A stretch of 64,000 nucleotides of DNA from Eledone cirrhosa (Eukaryota): contig OZ024746.1 in assembly GCA_964016885.1 (NCBI GenBank), positions 30,008,001 to 30,072,000 of the forward strand, written 5' to 3'. The notes under the pieces are model-generated. The model saw only the letters and a list, made by a program, of their open reading frames with translations, did not search any database and was not told the DNA's origin. Both the position numbers and the translations under genes were made by a program. This document shows, piece after piece, positions 15,614-30,250 of the stretch (positions within the stretch are counted from its first letter, which is position 1; each line of letters starts with the position of its first letter).

Positions 15614-15985
15614 TCTCATAATCAAAATATATATTTTAGTATACATACTTCAAAGGTACGATGGTGTTTAAGTACGATTTCATGAGACAAAATATAAGAT
15701 TTTATATGTGACATACCGCTACGGTTTTGATTATTCAATTCCAGTATTGACTGCCAATACTGGAATTGAATAATCAAAACCGTAGCGGTATGTCACATAT
15801 AAAATGTTATAGTTTGTCTGATGAAAACGTACTTAAACACCATTGTACCTTTGAAATATGTATAATAAAATATATATTTTGATTATGAGAATATTAAACA
15901 CTTCAGGAAAATCAACTGTCGAGTGCTTCTATTCTATTGTAAAATTGTATTCGTTGATTAATCAACGAACTATATTAATCTTTGG

Positions 15986-15990
<5 letters not shown>
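15614..15990 (+). mobile_element. Fold-back pLTR insertion (palindrome 15614-15890, loop 15750-15754) related to 6043-6517
   Basis: Inverted arms; shares GAAATATGTATAAT and TGTCGAGTGCTT with the 6043 element; ends in (TA)n. Confidence 0.8.
15818..15862 (+). ncRNA. Candidate hammerhead ribozyme
   Basis: CTGATGA-AAACGTAC...GTACCTTT-GAAA-TATGTA. Confidence 0.68.
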
Positions 15991-16057
<67 letters not shown>

Positions 16058-16060
16058 TAT

Positions 16061-16231
16061 ATAGGAACGAGTGGGACCCCGACGGCTGAGCTCAAGCCGT
16101 TTCGACGGCTAATTCTGGACAGTCCAGCCGTCGGGGTCCCACTCGTTCCTATTACCCACTCTACTACCCTAAGTATTGAGTACTTTGGTGCGTTATGGTC
16201 CATCGGGTTCCTTACCACATTTCCTTCGTTA

Positions 16232-16232
<1 letters not shown>
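16061..16232 (+). mobile_element. Short hairpin-plus-80-nt-tail element, copy 2
   Basis: Hairpin 16061-16152, same tail, within (TA)n. Confidence 0.8.
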
Positions 16233-16266
<34 letters not shown>

Positions 16267-16269
16267 GTA

Positions 16270-16309
<40 letters not shown>

Positions 16310-16366
16310 GTACATACATATGCATATCATGTACATATATATATGCCAGCTGGTGTACATATATTT

Positions 16367-16435
<69 letters not shown>

Positions 16436-16438
<3 letters not shown>

Positions 16439-16575
16439 GGAAAAATTATAACCGCGACGGCTATACTCTGCCGTCGGGGTCATACTTTTTCCTATTTCCC
16501 ACTCTACTACCCTAAGTATTGAGTACTCTGGTGCGTTATGGTCCATCTGGTTCCTTACCACAATTCCTTTGTTAT
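16436..16575 (+). mobile_element. Short hairpin-plus-80-nt-tail element, copy 3
   Basis: Imperfect hairpin 16436-16495, same tail, within (TA)n. Confidence 0.78.
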
Positions 16576-17261
16576 ATATTTATATATATATATATATATA
16601 TTGCCATGTGCTGCTATTAAGTTAGACATGGCCTGGGCCAATACTGGCCAAAACCTATCAAAGTTATCAAAGTTATATTCTGGAATTTGGTTTATGTACT
16701 AACAGGGTCATGATAGTTGAGCCATGTTATATGTGAGTACACAACTGAAACCCCAGAGTAACCAGACTCGAACTCATTCTCAATGAAGTATTTATTAGGC
16801 TGTACAAAGGCATCAATTTCTCATTTTTGCGACCGACAATGCTGTAAAAATATATTCCTGTTAAAGAAGATTTTCTAACAAAGAAATCAAAACCAATTCG
16901 AACAAAACTATTTAAAATTTCATGTCAACGTAAGCTATTTGAACAATTTACTTCTATAAATATGTAAACGTGTGCGATTATAATATAATTTACTTCTATA
17001 AATATGTAATGTTTGCGTTCTTTAACTGCTTCATTTTAAACAGATATATTCAAATATTCACTATAACTAGGAATAATGGAATTCGTAAAAAATATATCAG
17101 AAACTATAGCGTATTAGTTGTTATTTGTTTTTTATTATCCAATATTTTCAATCTTTAGAAAATGACTTCCATTTCTGTTAAAATTTCGATTAATACATAA
17201 ATATTTACACACACGGATATTTTATATTCATACATACACACACAAACACGCAGACACACAC

Positions 17262-17295
<34 letters not shown>

Positions 17296-18048
17296 TGTGC
17301 GCGCGCGCGCGCGTAGATAGATAGATACGTACATGTATATAAATATATATATATATATATAGAATTCACAAGAATCAAAGCTATGTTCAAAGCATTTATT
17401 TACTTACAATTGTTTCATCCAAACCTAGGCTTGGAGTCTTCGGAGCATTTTTCAATGTCTGTACACATAATTGACCTCCTTTTCAACGCAAGAGACATAC
17501 AGATACATATGTATATATTGATGTACAGTGGAGTGACATATATTATATTATATTATTTCTGTATAGCAATTCAAATTCAAAATTAAAATCAAAATTAAAA
17601 TTAAAACAAAATTAAAATACATTCGGCAGTTAACATAGATAATGCAAGAAGTTAGTTTGTTAGTCAGATGTAGTAGTTATTGTATGCGTTATTTACACGT
17701 AGGGCATGCACGTGTGTCTCATTTATATATGATTATTGTGTGGCAGGGTGTTACATGTAATACAATCACTTTGAGCGGGTAAGTAAGAGTATTATGGAGG
17801 TTGTAGTGGTAAGATAGTTGTTGTATATAATAAAAAAGTATGTGTGCAGAAAAATAAAAATAAAAAGGAGAAGCAAAAGAAAATTATGGTTTTCGTATCC
17901 ACCACCATTTTCACATTCAGGAAATGTAATATATAGTTTATACATCCATCACATAAGTAACGATGATTCCGTATTGGATGTTTGATGCATTAAATTAAAT
18001 TCTATATAACTGCTCTGTAGAACAACTGATGTTATTACATTGAGCTAT

Positions 18049-18240
18049 GGGCGGTGGATTGGCAGTATCGGTAGAAGGTTCGGACGCCGTGTTTTCCAGT
18101 ATAGTTACGTCCCTTTACGATCTGAGTTCAAATCCCGCCGAGGTTGACTTTGCCTTTCATCCTTACGGGGTCGATAAAATAAAGTACCAGTTATGCACTG
18201 GGTAATTGCTAGTCTTGTGCCTAAAGTAGAAACAGTTATT
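18049..18240 (+). mobile_element. Same SINE with 18-bp TSD GTTATTACATTGAGCTAT (18031-18048 / 18235-18252)
   Basis: A/B boxes, conserved body, flanking direct repeat. Confidence 0.88.
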
Positions 18241-18362
18241 ACATTGAGCTATTTATCTTACTGTAATAAGGTAGTAATAAATTACTGACCTTCACTGTTT
18301 AGGGTTTAAAATATATATAACTATAAAAAGTTTTAGTATATACATAACCATAAATAGTATCC

Positions 18363-18445
<83 letters not shown>

Positions 18446-18495
18446 AGTATGTATGTATACGTACATACATATATGTATACAGACGTACAGTAGCA

Positions 18496-18549
<54 letters not shown>

Positions 18550-18707
18550 TACATACAGGTACACATACATATATGTGCGCATCAGTTTAGCGGACGCTTA
18601 TTATAGCGCCCGCTTTGTTCGTTTGTAAACAAACTGAACAGCCTGAATTTATGCCGCACGGTGTTAAGGCAACCACGTCACCTTTTTGTTCAACACTGAC
18701 ACAGGAA

Positions 18708-18748
18708 CGATGTACTAGTTTCAAGCTTGTTAGCTATCATCAGCACCG
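18708..18748 (-). ncRNA. Type I hammerhead ribozyme
   Basis: CGGTG-CTGATGA-TAGCT-AACA-AGCTT-GAAA-CTAGTA-CATCG: stem I CGGTG/CATCG, stem II AGCT/AGCT, palindromic stem III ACTAGT, GUA cleavage triplet. Confidence 0.88.
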
Positions 18749-18981
18749 TATACCCTTCTGCCAGATGGTTGAACATTCGAAAGTATATACTATCCTTATG
18801 AAAATTAACGGCTGAGCAGCCTAATTTGCATATCGAGTGAGTTCGGCCAGGCGTACCGAGAACGATAAGTTGTAATAAAATGAAAACGAAATTTCATTTC
18901 TCACTCTTAGTACGGCACTTACTTAAATGTAAGTATGTATGTATACGTACATACATATATGTATACAGACGTACAGTAGCA

Positions 18982-19065
<84 letters not shown>

Positions 19066-19223
19066 TACATACAGGTACACATACATATATGTGCGCATCA
19101 GTTTAGCGGACGCTTATTATAGCGCCCGCTTTGTTCGTTTGTAAACAAACTGAACAGCCTGAATTTATGCCGCACGGTGTTAAGGCAACCACGTCACCTT
19201 TTTGTTCAACACTGACACAGGAA

Positions 19224-19264
19224 CGATGTACTAGTTTCAAGCTTGTTAGCTATCATCAGCACCG
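19224..19264 (-). ncRNA. Type I hammerhead ribozyme, second unit
   Basis: Identical to 18708-18748, 516 bp away. Confidence 0.88.
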
Positions 19265-19497
19265 TATACCCTTCTGCCAGATGGTTGAACATTCGAAAGT
19301 ATATACTATCCTTATGAAAATTAACGGCTGAGCAGCCTAATTTGCATATCGAGTGATTTCGGCCAGGCGTACCGAGAACGATAAGTTGTAATAAAATGAA
19401 AACGAAATTTCATTTCTCACTCTTAGTACGGCACTTACTTAAATGTAAGTATGTATGTATACGTACATACATATATGTATACAGACGTACAGTAGCA

Positions 19498-19565
<68 letters not shown>

Positions 19566-19874
19566 CAGGTACACATACATATATGTACGCATCAGTTTAG
19601 CGGACGCTTATTATATACTTACATTTAAGTAAGTGCCGTAGTAAGAGTGAGAAATGAAATTTCGTTTTCATTTTATTACAACTTATATATATATACTGCA
19701 GATATCACGTTTGTTGTTTGAATCATCAATTCCCCTTCTTGCCATACGTTAAAATGGTTACGTGCTAAACAATAAATATGTAATTGTTAACAGAAAAAAG
19801 AGCACCACTGTATATATACTGTATATATACTGTATATATACTGTATATATACTGCTGCGAATGTACATCTAAGA

Positions 19875-20450
19875 TGCAAGCGTGGTTGTGAGGTTCTGGA
19901 GTTCACTTGTCAAGCACTTGTTATCGAGTAGTTCGGCCCAACTCTGTGGCCCCTTGGAAAATTGTCATCTTCTGGGAACCCATGTTGTCTAACCTCACTG
20001 TGTGACACCTTGGACAAATGTCTTCAACTGGAAACCCACTTCAACCAACCCAACTGTGTAGCACCTTCGTAGGTGCCTTTACTAGACACCCACCATGTCT
20101 AACCTCAGTGAGTGGCACTTCTGCAGACCCATGTTGACTAACCTTACTGTGTGGCACCTTGGGTAAGTGTCTTCTACTGGAGACCCACGTCGACTAAATT
20201 CGTGTTAATAATATTTCAGAGACGGAAACTCTACAGAAATCTGTCATGGCACCTTGAGTAAGTTATTTCTACTGGAGACCCACGTTGACTAACCTCACTT
20301 TGTGGCATCTTGCGTAAGTGTCCTCTACTAGAGACCCATGTTGACTAACCTCACTGTGTGGCACATTGGGTACGTGTCTTCTACTGGAGACCCACGTTAA
20401 CTAAATTCGTGTTAATAATATTTCAGAGACTCTACAGAAATCTGTCATGA
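19875..20450 (+). repeat. ~54-bp minisatellite derived from a CORE-SINE body
   Basis: Repeats of TGTGGCACCTTGGGTAAGTGTCTTCTACTGGAGACCCA.GTTGACTAACCTCAC after a degenerate SINE head. Confidence 0.7.
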
Positions 20451-21328
20451 ATATATATCTATGAATGTGTGTCTCTCTCTCTCTCTCTCCCTGTGCACGC
20501 GTGTGTGAGTATGTGTGTGGGGAAGGGAGGGGTGTTTGTGTGCGTTGTGTGAGTGTATGAATGTGCATATAGATATACGTTTGCTATTTATTAATGTTTT
20601 ATACTATTTTGCAATGTACTACAACACCAACCAAACAAGCAAAAGTCTCTAGGAAAGATGACATGAAATATATATATTATAAAGAAATTCCCACGCGCAA
20701 AGAAAAAACTGATTAATGGTGGAAGCAATGTTAACATAAAGATACAAACAAAATACACTAATCACAAATGCAGCATCTAACCTATTTTGTTTATAGCCAT
20801 ACAGACTCAAATTCTGGCGCTAATCTCTACAGAAATCATATTGTCCTTTGCTATGGTAAAAAGGTAACAACGCTGCACCAATTTCACCTCATCTTAAAGA
20901 ACAGACGACGAAGGCTCAGAAATGTCGACGATCTAATTCGGTTTTTCTCTGATTATAAATATATTTATTTAATACTGTCTCTATATATATCTTAAACACT
21001 GTATCCCTCTATCTTTCGCGCTGCGCTTTCTTTCTTTCTATCTTTCTTTTTCTTCCTCTTATTTTCCCTCTCTCACTCACATTGACATATCTGAAATATT
21101 CCACATACGTAATCAGGTTACTATATAAATGAATAGATCTCGGTCGGTTTAGACGAGGAGTATCTTAGTCGTTTGAGCAACAGAACAGCCGACACATGAA
21201 AATAAAGTACATGTTGCTGAACATATTACAGGCTAGTGTAACCTTAACATATGGAGATGGATATTCGGCATTAGAATGTGTGACAAAACTCACTTTTCGA
21301 ATTACTAATATAGTCCATCTTGCATTAT

Positions 21329-21510
21329 TGGCAGTATCGGTAGAAGGTCTGACGCTATGCTTTGCAGCAAAGAGTTACGCCCCTTTATGGTTTGAGTTCA
21401 AATCCCGCCGAGGTTAACTTTGCCTTTCATCCTTACGGGGTCGATAAAATAAAGTACCAGTAATGTATTGGGTAATTGCTGGCCTTGTGCCAAAAGTAGA
21501 AACAATTATT
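21329..21510 (+). mobile_element. Same SINE, slightly 5'-truncated
   Basis: B box, body and tail match 4159-4350. Confidence 0.85.
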
Positions 21511-21990
21511 GTGCAAGTGGCAAAGCATTCCAAATACTTAACGGGATTTTCGGAGAGAAACAGCGTGACAGAGTGTGTCAAAGCTGGCCGTTTAAATTAC
21601 AGGTGCAGCTCATGTGTCAGTCAGCTTTCCAAAATATTCTTGAGTTACTAATTTCACTCACACACGGTGTGTGTCTATCCCGGGCTATAGTAAATAAGAT
21701 TTGCTCAAGATACCATCAATGAAATCTATCCCATTACTTTATGTCCTGTCTAATTAGAATGGCTACATTGGTTATCAACACAGCTTCGTTGTTTCTGTTA
21801 CGGTAAATGTATGACAGAGACTGTTTCACTCCACTGTTATGTTAAATATATTTAATAGTTTATCTAAATAATTGACAATTAAACATGTCATCGTTAACAC
21901 TTATCTTTTGAAAGAATACTATGAAGTAACAGATGTTTGTGTGTCTATCGATTTATTCGTTCTTCTCTTTCTCATTCACTCTCTTTTTCT

Positions 21991-22119
<129 letters not shown>

Positions 22120-22421
22120 TATTTGTACGTAGTTGATTTTCTCTTTTCCTGCTTCCTATATAGATTAAGGATTAAATGAAAGAAGAGAAGCATATGTAAA
22201 TAAAGGATTTTATTTATGGATGTGATATCACCATGTTTGGAATGTATTTAGACGACAACGAGCAGGCGTCATTTTGATATATGTGCTTCTAGTGATACTA
22301 GGTGGAGATTAATTTTAGAGCAGTTTTTTTTATTTCCACCCTTTCTGAATATTATATGGCTAAGCTTTGCATCTCTTGTCAACAGTTAAAAAGCGCACAA
22401 ATACACCTACGTATGCAACTT

Positions 22422-22603
<182 letters not shown>

Positions 22604-22851
22604 CATATATATATATATGTATATATACAAATAAAGATTCAGTGAGAATCGTATTTTCGGCGGGTAGGAAAGGCGAAGCGAAACGCAAAAATAAGAAATG
22701 ATACTGGCAAAGTGCTCAATAGTTAAAGACCAGAGCTAAACAATGTGTTAAGAAGCCATACAAAACTGAAAAGGTGGTCAAGAAAGCATTAACCACCCAA
22801 GCCAAAAACCAAATCAAGCTAAACAGGTCAAAACAAAATAAATATGTAAAC

Positions 22852-22968
<117 letters not shown>

Positions 22969-24035
22969 TGTATAAATTTATACATTTACAGTTGTATTTA
23001 TGTACCTACCTGATTATATACTGGATTAATATCATAGGCATGACTGTATGTTTAAAGAGTTCGTTTTGTAAACACGCTGTTCCATGTTCAGTCCCAGCTG
23101 TATAGCCTGTAGTCGACTTTTACATGAGATCGACTATTGCTCGAGTCGAAGTCAATGTTCCAGCATATGTACAAACTTTATTTGCATATTAAAATTGTTT
23201 TGATATCTATCAGCTCACAGTATATTCAAGCTGACGGGGCCCCAGTCTTTGTCAATATTGATTGTACTAAGCTAGATTATTAACTTTGATGGATAAGAAT
23301 AAAAGCCCTAGTGTAAATATTTATAAGAGCTCTGCTAGGACGTGTATTTGAATCATAAAATCAGTAATATTATTTATTGTACTTTTTGTTTTATTCGTTT
23401 ATTGATTTGTTGGGCCTCTGCTACTGATACGACACTTTAGATTCTGGCTTCAATTTCAAACCCCCTGCAAGTACTATCCATGTAATAGTCTACCCCGTAA
23501 ATTTAACCTTAATGCACTGTCTAAACATTCTAATTTTACATGAGTTTATATATATATATATATTGTATCACAAAAGAGGTTATAACTTTCACAACTCTAC
23601 TACTCATAGAATTGTGCGGTCTTTCACACTCTTGTGAATAGATCGTTGATAATTGTGACATTTGACACAATTTCAAAAGAAGACAGCCATATTGATATGA
23701 TCTAAATATATTTTACTGGTTTTTCTCCATCATATATTTCACGCCTTCCTCTGAAATGTAATTAAACTGTATTCAGACTATTTCCATTTTGTTTATTTTT
23801 TCTTTCTTTTCAATGAAATGTAAAACAAAATCGTAAGGAAAAGAAATCTTTTCATATGTTTTTATAACAACTGTTGCGATTTAGTTCATTCGACTCGTTT
23901 ACTAATTGCATGACAAGGAGATTTCCTGTAGCCTCTAGACCAAACGAGAAAACTCCGTTATACACCCACAAAACCGCATACTCACTTACACACACACATA
24001 CGTACGCACGCATGCACACACACACACAATACTCA

Positions 24036-24113
<78 letters not shown>

Positions 24114-24434
24114 ATATATATGTTTTCGTTTTATCTCAAAAGAAAGTGTCTTCATTTAATATATTATGGTTGAAATGATGATATAGATTTCTGTTTGAAA
24201 GAGCATAAAAAATCAAAGGAAGATTTTTACTTGGAAATATTTAATTTTCGAAATATTGCATCGTTCCTCTCATCTTATTTACTTTTATCCGTGAATACAT
24301 TGCTGATCTAGGCTTGGCAGAAAGCCAGGTCTTCCAGTCGAAAATTATTCGTCATTCTATTATTAGTACTGTCAAATTACTGAAATCTTAAGCGACATTC
24401 CATTCTCTCTCTCACTTTCTCACATATATATATA

Positions 24435-24572
<138 letters not shown>

Positions 24573-25223
24573 CATATATATAGCATAGGAGGTACATTTA
24601 TTTATGTGTTTTATTAGTAGGATGTGGGTTTTCTTGCGTAGAAACATCGATATTTGTAACATAATTAATTGCTTTTGTGCTCTTTTTATTAATTTAGAGT
24701 CGATTCGGGCTTCTGCTTATCGATATGAGCTTGATAAAGACAAGATCATCAAGAATTTATTTCGCAGTTCCTTTGAAACATCGACCATAAATGAATTCCT
24801 TATACAAAGCAAGAGAAATAAAAAAAATGGCGATTTATTCATCAATATATTTTCTCTTCTAAACAACAGTAATAGAGTAATAATTTTCAGTTGTTCTTAC
24901 TACAATCATGAAAGATTTACAGTAAATCTTATAATCAATGGAATCTTGTTTTTTTATCACCTAAAAGACACCCCCCTCCCCCTCCCCCTCCCCAGCTTGT
25001 GTATCCAATGGTCATTTCAGTTTTAAGAGCCACTGAATTATATAGGTCGTTTCATCTCACAGCTACAATTATGTTCTATATAGAAGGAAGAAAACTGAAA
25101 CAGTTCTTGATTTTATTTCATTTTCTTTGTTCGTTTGCATTCGTTTTATAGCAAGTCACAAATTATTGGAGGCGGGAGGATTTATCGCAGACATTTCCAT
25201 ACATAAATATATATATACTTCCA

Positions 25224-25302
<79 letters not shown>

Positions 25303-25775
25303 TTCTAAAACTGTATATATAACAGCTACGAAACCAATGCCATTCTTCAAGTTTGACAATGTTATACATATACATACATACTCCATAGTTATATACACAA
25401 AAACGAACCTATATATACCTACTTACATACATACATGCATACATACATAACCGATAATTAAAAGCTGAAAATTCTAAACTCAACAGTAGCATAGAATAAA
25501 TGGAAAATAGGGAGGCCAATTTTTAACATGGTTCAAAACAGCTTTATGGCATAGAGCCACGCCCCTTTACGAACTAAGTTCAAATCCTGCCAAGGTTAGC
25601 TTTGTCTTTCTTACGGGGTCGATAAAATAAGGTGCCATCATAGAGTTTCTTTACAGAATTTTATGTTCTGATTTTATTCTTCCTGTGTTGACAAAATAAT
25701 GTACGAGCCAAATATTGTTGTCGAATTAATCTACTTGTGCCTCTTTTTCAAATTGCTTGCCTTGAGCCTAAATAT

Positions 25776-26447
25776 ATAATTGTTTCTACTTTTGGCACAA
25801 GGCCAGCAATTATCCCAGTGCATTACTGGTGCTTTATTTTATCGACCCCGTGAAAGTCAAAGTTAACCTCGGCGGAATTTGAACTCAGACCGTAAAGGGC
25901 CGTAACTCTACACTACATAGCATGGCGTCCGACTCTCTACCGATACTGCCAATCCACCGTAAATATATAATAAAATTTAGTATTAACTTTAAATAATATT
26001 TGGTTAATTTAGGAAGCATTAGAGATTTGAAATTTGAAAATATGACTGTCACAATGTAGAAAAATATAATTGTTTCTACTTTTGGCACAAGGCCATCAAT
26101 TACCCAGTACATTACTTTATCGACCCCGTAAGGATAAAAGGCAAAGTTAACCTCGGCGAGATTTGAACTTAGACCCTAAAGGGACGTAACTATGCCGGTA
26201 AGCAAGGTGTCCGACCCTCTACCAATACTGCCAATCCACCGCCCTTTGTAGAAAAATATAATTGTTTCTACTTTAGGCACAAGGCCAGCAATTACCCAGT
26301 GCATTACTGGTACTTTATTTTATCGACCCCGTAAGGATGAAAGGCAAAGACAACCTCGGCGGGATTTGAACTCAGATCGTAAAGGGACGTAACTATGCTG
26401 GAAAGCATGGCGTCCGACCCTCTACCGATACTGCCAATCCACCGCCC
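25776..26447 (-). mobile_element. Three copies of the same SINE (25776-25959, 26066-26244, 26258-26447)
   Basis: Reverse complements of the SINE; TGTAGAAAAATATAAT repeated three times around the last two. Confidence 0.87.
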
Positions 26448-26796
26448 TTTGTAGAAAAATATAATAGTTGTTAATTATAAATAATGTTTGAAATAATCGG
26501 GTCAAATAGCTCTGGAGACGGAATGACATGGATGTCTGTAGGTACGCAACGTCACACAACCAGGTGTATCTTATATAGTGTCTAACATAAGACCAGTGAT
26601 TTAGGGAGCAGGGAAGTTCAATTAAATCGACTCCAGTACATTATTGGAATTTTATTATATCAATCCCCTAAGGGTGAAAGGCAAATATGACCTCGGTGGG
26701 ATTTAGATGCAGAATGTAAAGAGCACCAATGCCGCAAATCAATGTATTCGAAGCTCTACCAATTCTGTCACTCCAGCGCTCTTGACGTACCCTGTA

Positions 26797-26984
26797 ATAA
26801 TTGTTTCTACTTTTGGCACAAGGCTAGCAATTACTGAGTACATTACTGGTACTTTATTTTATCGACCTCGTAAGGATGAAAGGCAAAGTTAACTTCGGAT
26901 TTGAACTCACTCCGTAAAAGGACGTAACTCTATGCTGGAAAGCATGGCGCCCGACCATTTACTGATACTGCCAATCCACCGCCC
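26797..26984 (-). mobile_element. Same SINE with TSD CCCTGTAATAAT
   Basis: Reverse complement match; direct repeat on both sides. Confidence 0.85.
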
Positions 26985-28717
26985 CTGTAATAATAGTTAT
27001 ATATATCGGTTACATACACCCCGAGACGTCTCTATCCATTTACGTCTGTCTCCTGGGGTACATTATCTGATTTATTTAACTATGCTTCATAGTTACCAAC
27101 TATTAGTATAGTTATCTGGACAGTGGCGACTATATTTTCAAATTAACTTTAAAATATGCTGCGAACAATTTACTGGATATTCATCCACTCTCAAATACAG
27201 TGATTAAAATTTTAAACGATATAAACATTTTAATAGGATATTTTACATGTCAGGCCGCGTGTATCGATAAAATCTTAATGAGAAAACGCAGCTGAAAATG
27301 ACATGCTGCTGAGATTTCATATTTCACCGAGGTATATTTTATATATTTATATATGTATATATATATTGCTATAATTGGCTCCTCCAAATACTATGTTTTA
27401 ATTATGGAATCATTAAATTATTCTAAATAGTAAGATTGTATTGAATAATTCCGCCAATAATATAATTAAAAAAATTAGAAACTTGCTCTTCCACGTCTCA
27501 CCTAATTACATCATAAGGTACACCACTGTGTCGCGTCGTACCAGTGTGCAGTAACACAAAATGTGGAACAACTGTGTTAGATCCTTTTTCTATATACCAC
27601 TAATGTTATTATCACTAAATCAATAACCATTTTATCTATGGACGTTTTACATCTCTCTCTCTTTCTCTCTCTCTCTCTCTTCTAAATTTATGTACTGAAA
27701 GGTTACATTTTGCCGATGTATAGTAGTAGTTATAAAGAATGCAAATCGCTTAATCTATTTTGCTGCTCTTATCAAGGAAGGGGGTGGGGTGACAATACTG
27801 TTGAATTATTCACTGAATATTGTCCTTGCCTTGTGATAGGCAGAAATGAGCTTCCAATATTTCAAACAAAATCCTATTTTATTGTAGGGTGAAGCTCTTT
27901 CATGTGAAAATCTATAGAATGCCTTAGGTTGATTTTTATCATTGATGCAACGATAATTTTCTTTGGTTCTCTCCCACTTTACTCAGGCACATTTCACGCT
28001 GTTTTCAATTTCTATCATTGATATTCTGAAGTGGACGTTTTACCTCTATGAGATTTACCTATTTCAGTTCTTTCGGGCTTTTGTTGTCATCACCTGATGA
28101 TGTTTTTGTCACTTATAAATGATATCTCTGTAATCCTTACACAGATGCCTACATGAAATATATTTTATGGTACAGAGTTTGTCTTCTAGAAATAAATTAT
28201 TTTTGCTTTATGTAATAGTTTTGCATAAAGAGTATTTTGTGTCAATTCGGTTTCCAAATATACTATATATATTATAGCCAATCGGCATTTGGGAAATCCA
28301 AGATGGAGAGGGATAGATTTCAGTTTATGAGAAGCTGAGCTGCATGTTATTTTGTAGCATGTAACTTACATAATAATCTACTATAACTGTTATCTTTATT
28401 ATTTTCTGACATTATAAAAAATATCAAATCCTGCCGAGGTTAACTTTGCCTTTCATCCTTACGGGATCGATAAAATTGAGCTTTAATTCACGCGATAATT
28501 TGTGAGCCAGAACCCCACTCTATTATTCAATATAAATCTCCCACTGAATCTTGTCTGTTGTTTTTTGTTTTTTTTTGTTTTTTTTCGAATTCTATTATTG
28601 GGAAGTCTAGGGCCCTGGAAACTAACCGAAACAATTTTTACCTTGATTAATATTAGTAATAGTAGTAGGGGTAGCGGTGTTAGTACACCACAACCACCCC
28701 ATTATTTTATTTCCGTT

Positions 28718-29132
28718 GATGGTGGATTGGCAGTATTGGCAGAGCGTCAGACATCATTCTTTTCAGAATAGCGATACGTCCCTTCACGTTCTGAGTTCAA
28801 ATCTCACCTTTGCTTTTCATCCTTATGGGGTCTAACAATAAAACACCAGTAATTCACTAGGGTCGATTTAATCGACGTTCCCCTCACCCCAAAATTGTTC
28901 GCTTGTGCCTAAATCAGAAATCATTATGGGTCCGACGTTTATTGTGCCTAAATCAGAAATCACTAGAGGGTCCGACGCCATTCTTTGCAGCACAGTTACG
29001 TCCCTTTACGGTCTGAGTTCAAATCCCGCCGAGGTTAACTTTGCCTTTCATCCCTACGGGGTCGATAAAATAAAGTACCAGTAATACACTGTGATAATTG
29101 CTGGCCTTGTGCCAAAAGTAGAAACAATTATT
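28718..29132 (+). mobile_element. Two adjacent SINE copies (older variant 28718-28926; 28963-29132)
   Basis: GAGTTCAAATC B boxes and shared body. Confidence 0.8.
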
Positions 29133-29989
29133 ATATTTACGTTGATATTACATATATGAATATATGCAAACTTGCAAATCATGTACTTGGTTTCCTGTTC
29201 TGCTATATATTTGATAACCATCATCATCTTCATCATCATCATCATTATTATTATTACTATTATTATTATATCTGCAGAAATCAATCGTAATGAAATAATT
29301 GGCAGAATTACAACAGTTTGGTAATAATTAATTCAATCAAAGAAATGTTTCATTTAAAACAAAGCAAATACTATTACAATATCTATGTGATGTGATGTGA
29401 TGTGATCTGATTAATTTTTCTGTATCTTTGAGAACTCTGCACAATTAGTAATAGGTAAACATGTAATATATAACATATGGAGAATAAATATAGCGGAGGA
29501 ACGGTAGAAGGAAAGTATGTTTGAATGAAGGAGAACTAGAGGAGCGACGGAGTGAAGGAAGAAGAAAGAAAATGTGAGAAGACAGGGGAAAAAAACAAAT
29601 ATAAAAGGAATGAAAGATAGAAAGAAAAAAGGAAAGAAATTAAAACAAATAAAAAAAGAAAATAAAAGAAAGAAGACGACAAAAACGAAACCGAGGAACA
29701 AGAATGAAGACAAAACAAGTTGAAAGAAAGGAAGGAATAGAGGAAGGAAGAAAGCATGTGTGGGTTAGGATGGCAAGAGATAAGTGAAGGTGTTTCGTAA
29801 TATAGTAGACATCAAAGATATTGTAGTGTTAAAGTGTTGATTGTATTAACAGGAGGAAACAAAAATATTATGGGTTGTTATTAGATAACTTTATAAGTGT
29901 GATGATACACTGAACTGTGAATAACACAATAAAAAATAATCTCTCTCACACGAATGCATACACATACAAACACACGGACACACACAGAT

Positions 29990-30197
<208 letters not shown>

Positions 30198-30250
30198 ATA
30201 TATATATATATATATATATCTGTGTGTGTGTGTATACATATATATATATA

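Larger units (their letters stand above)
18441..19686 (-). mobile_element. Tandem ~490-516-bp non-coding repeat with hammerhead (retrozyme-like), ~2.3 units plus terminal inversion
   Basis: Units start at 18441, 18927, 19443; 19615-19686 is an inverted copy of the unit junction region; (TA)n on both flanks. Confidence 0.85.

Noticed and set aside
19940-20400. Regularly spaced repeats as a CRISPR array
   Set aside because: Contiguous diverged tandem units with no unique spacers, eukaryotic context, no cas genes.
28094-28170. CTGATGA...GAAA hammerhead-like spacing (also CTGATGA at ~12315)
   Set aside because: No convincing stems I and II; the second lies in a degenerate SINE tail.
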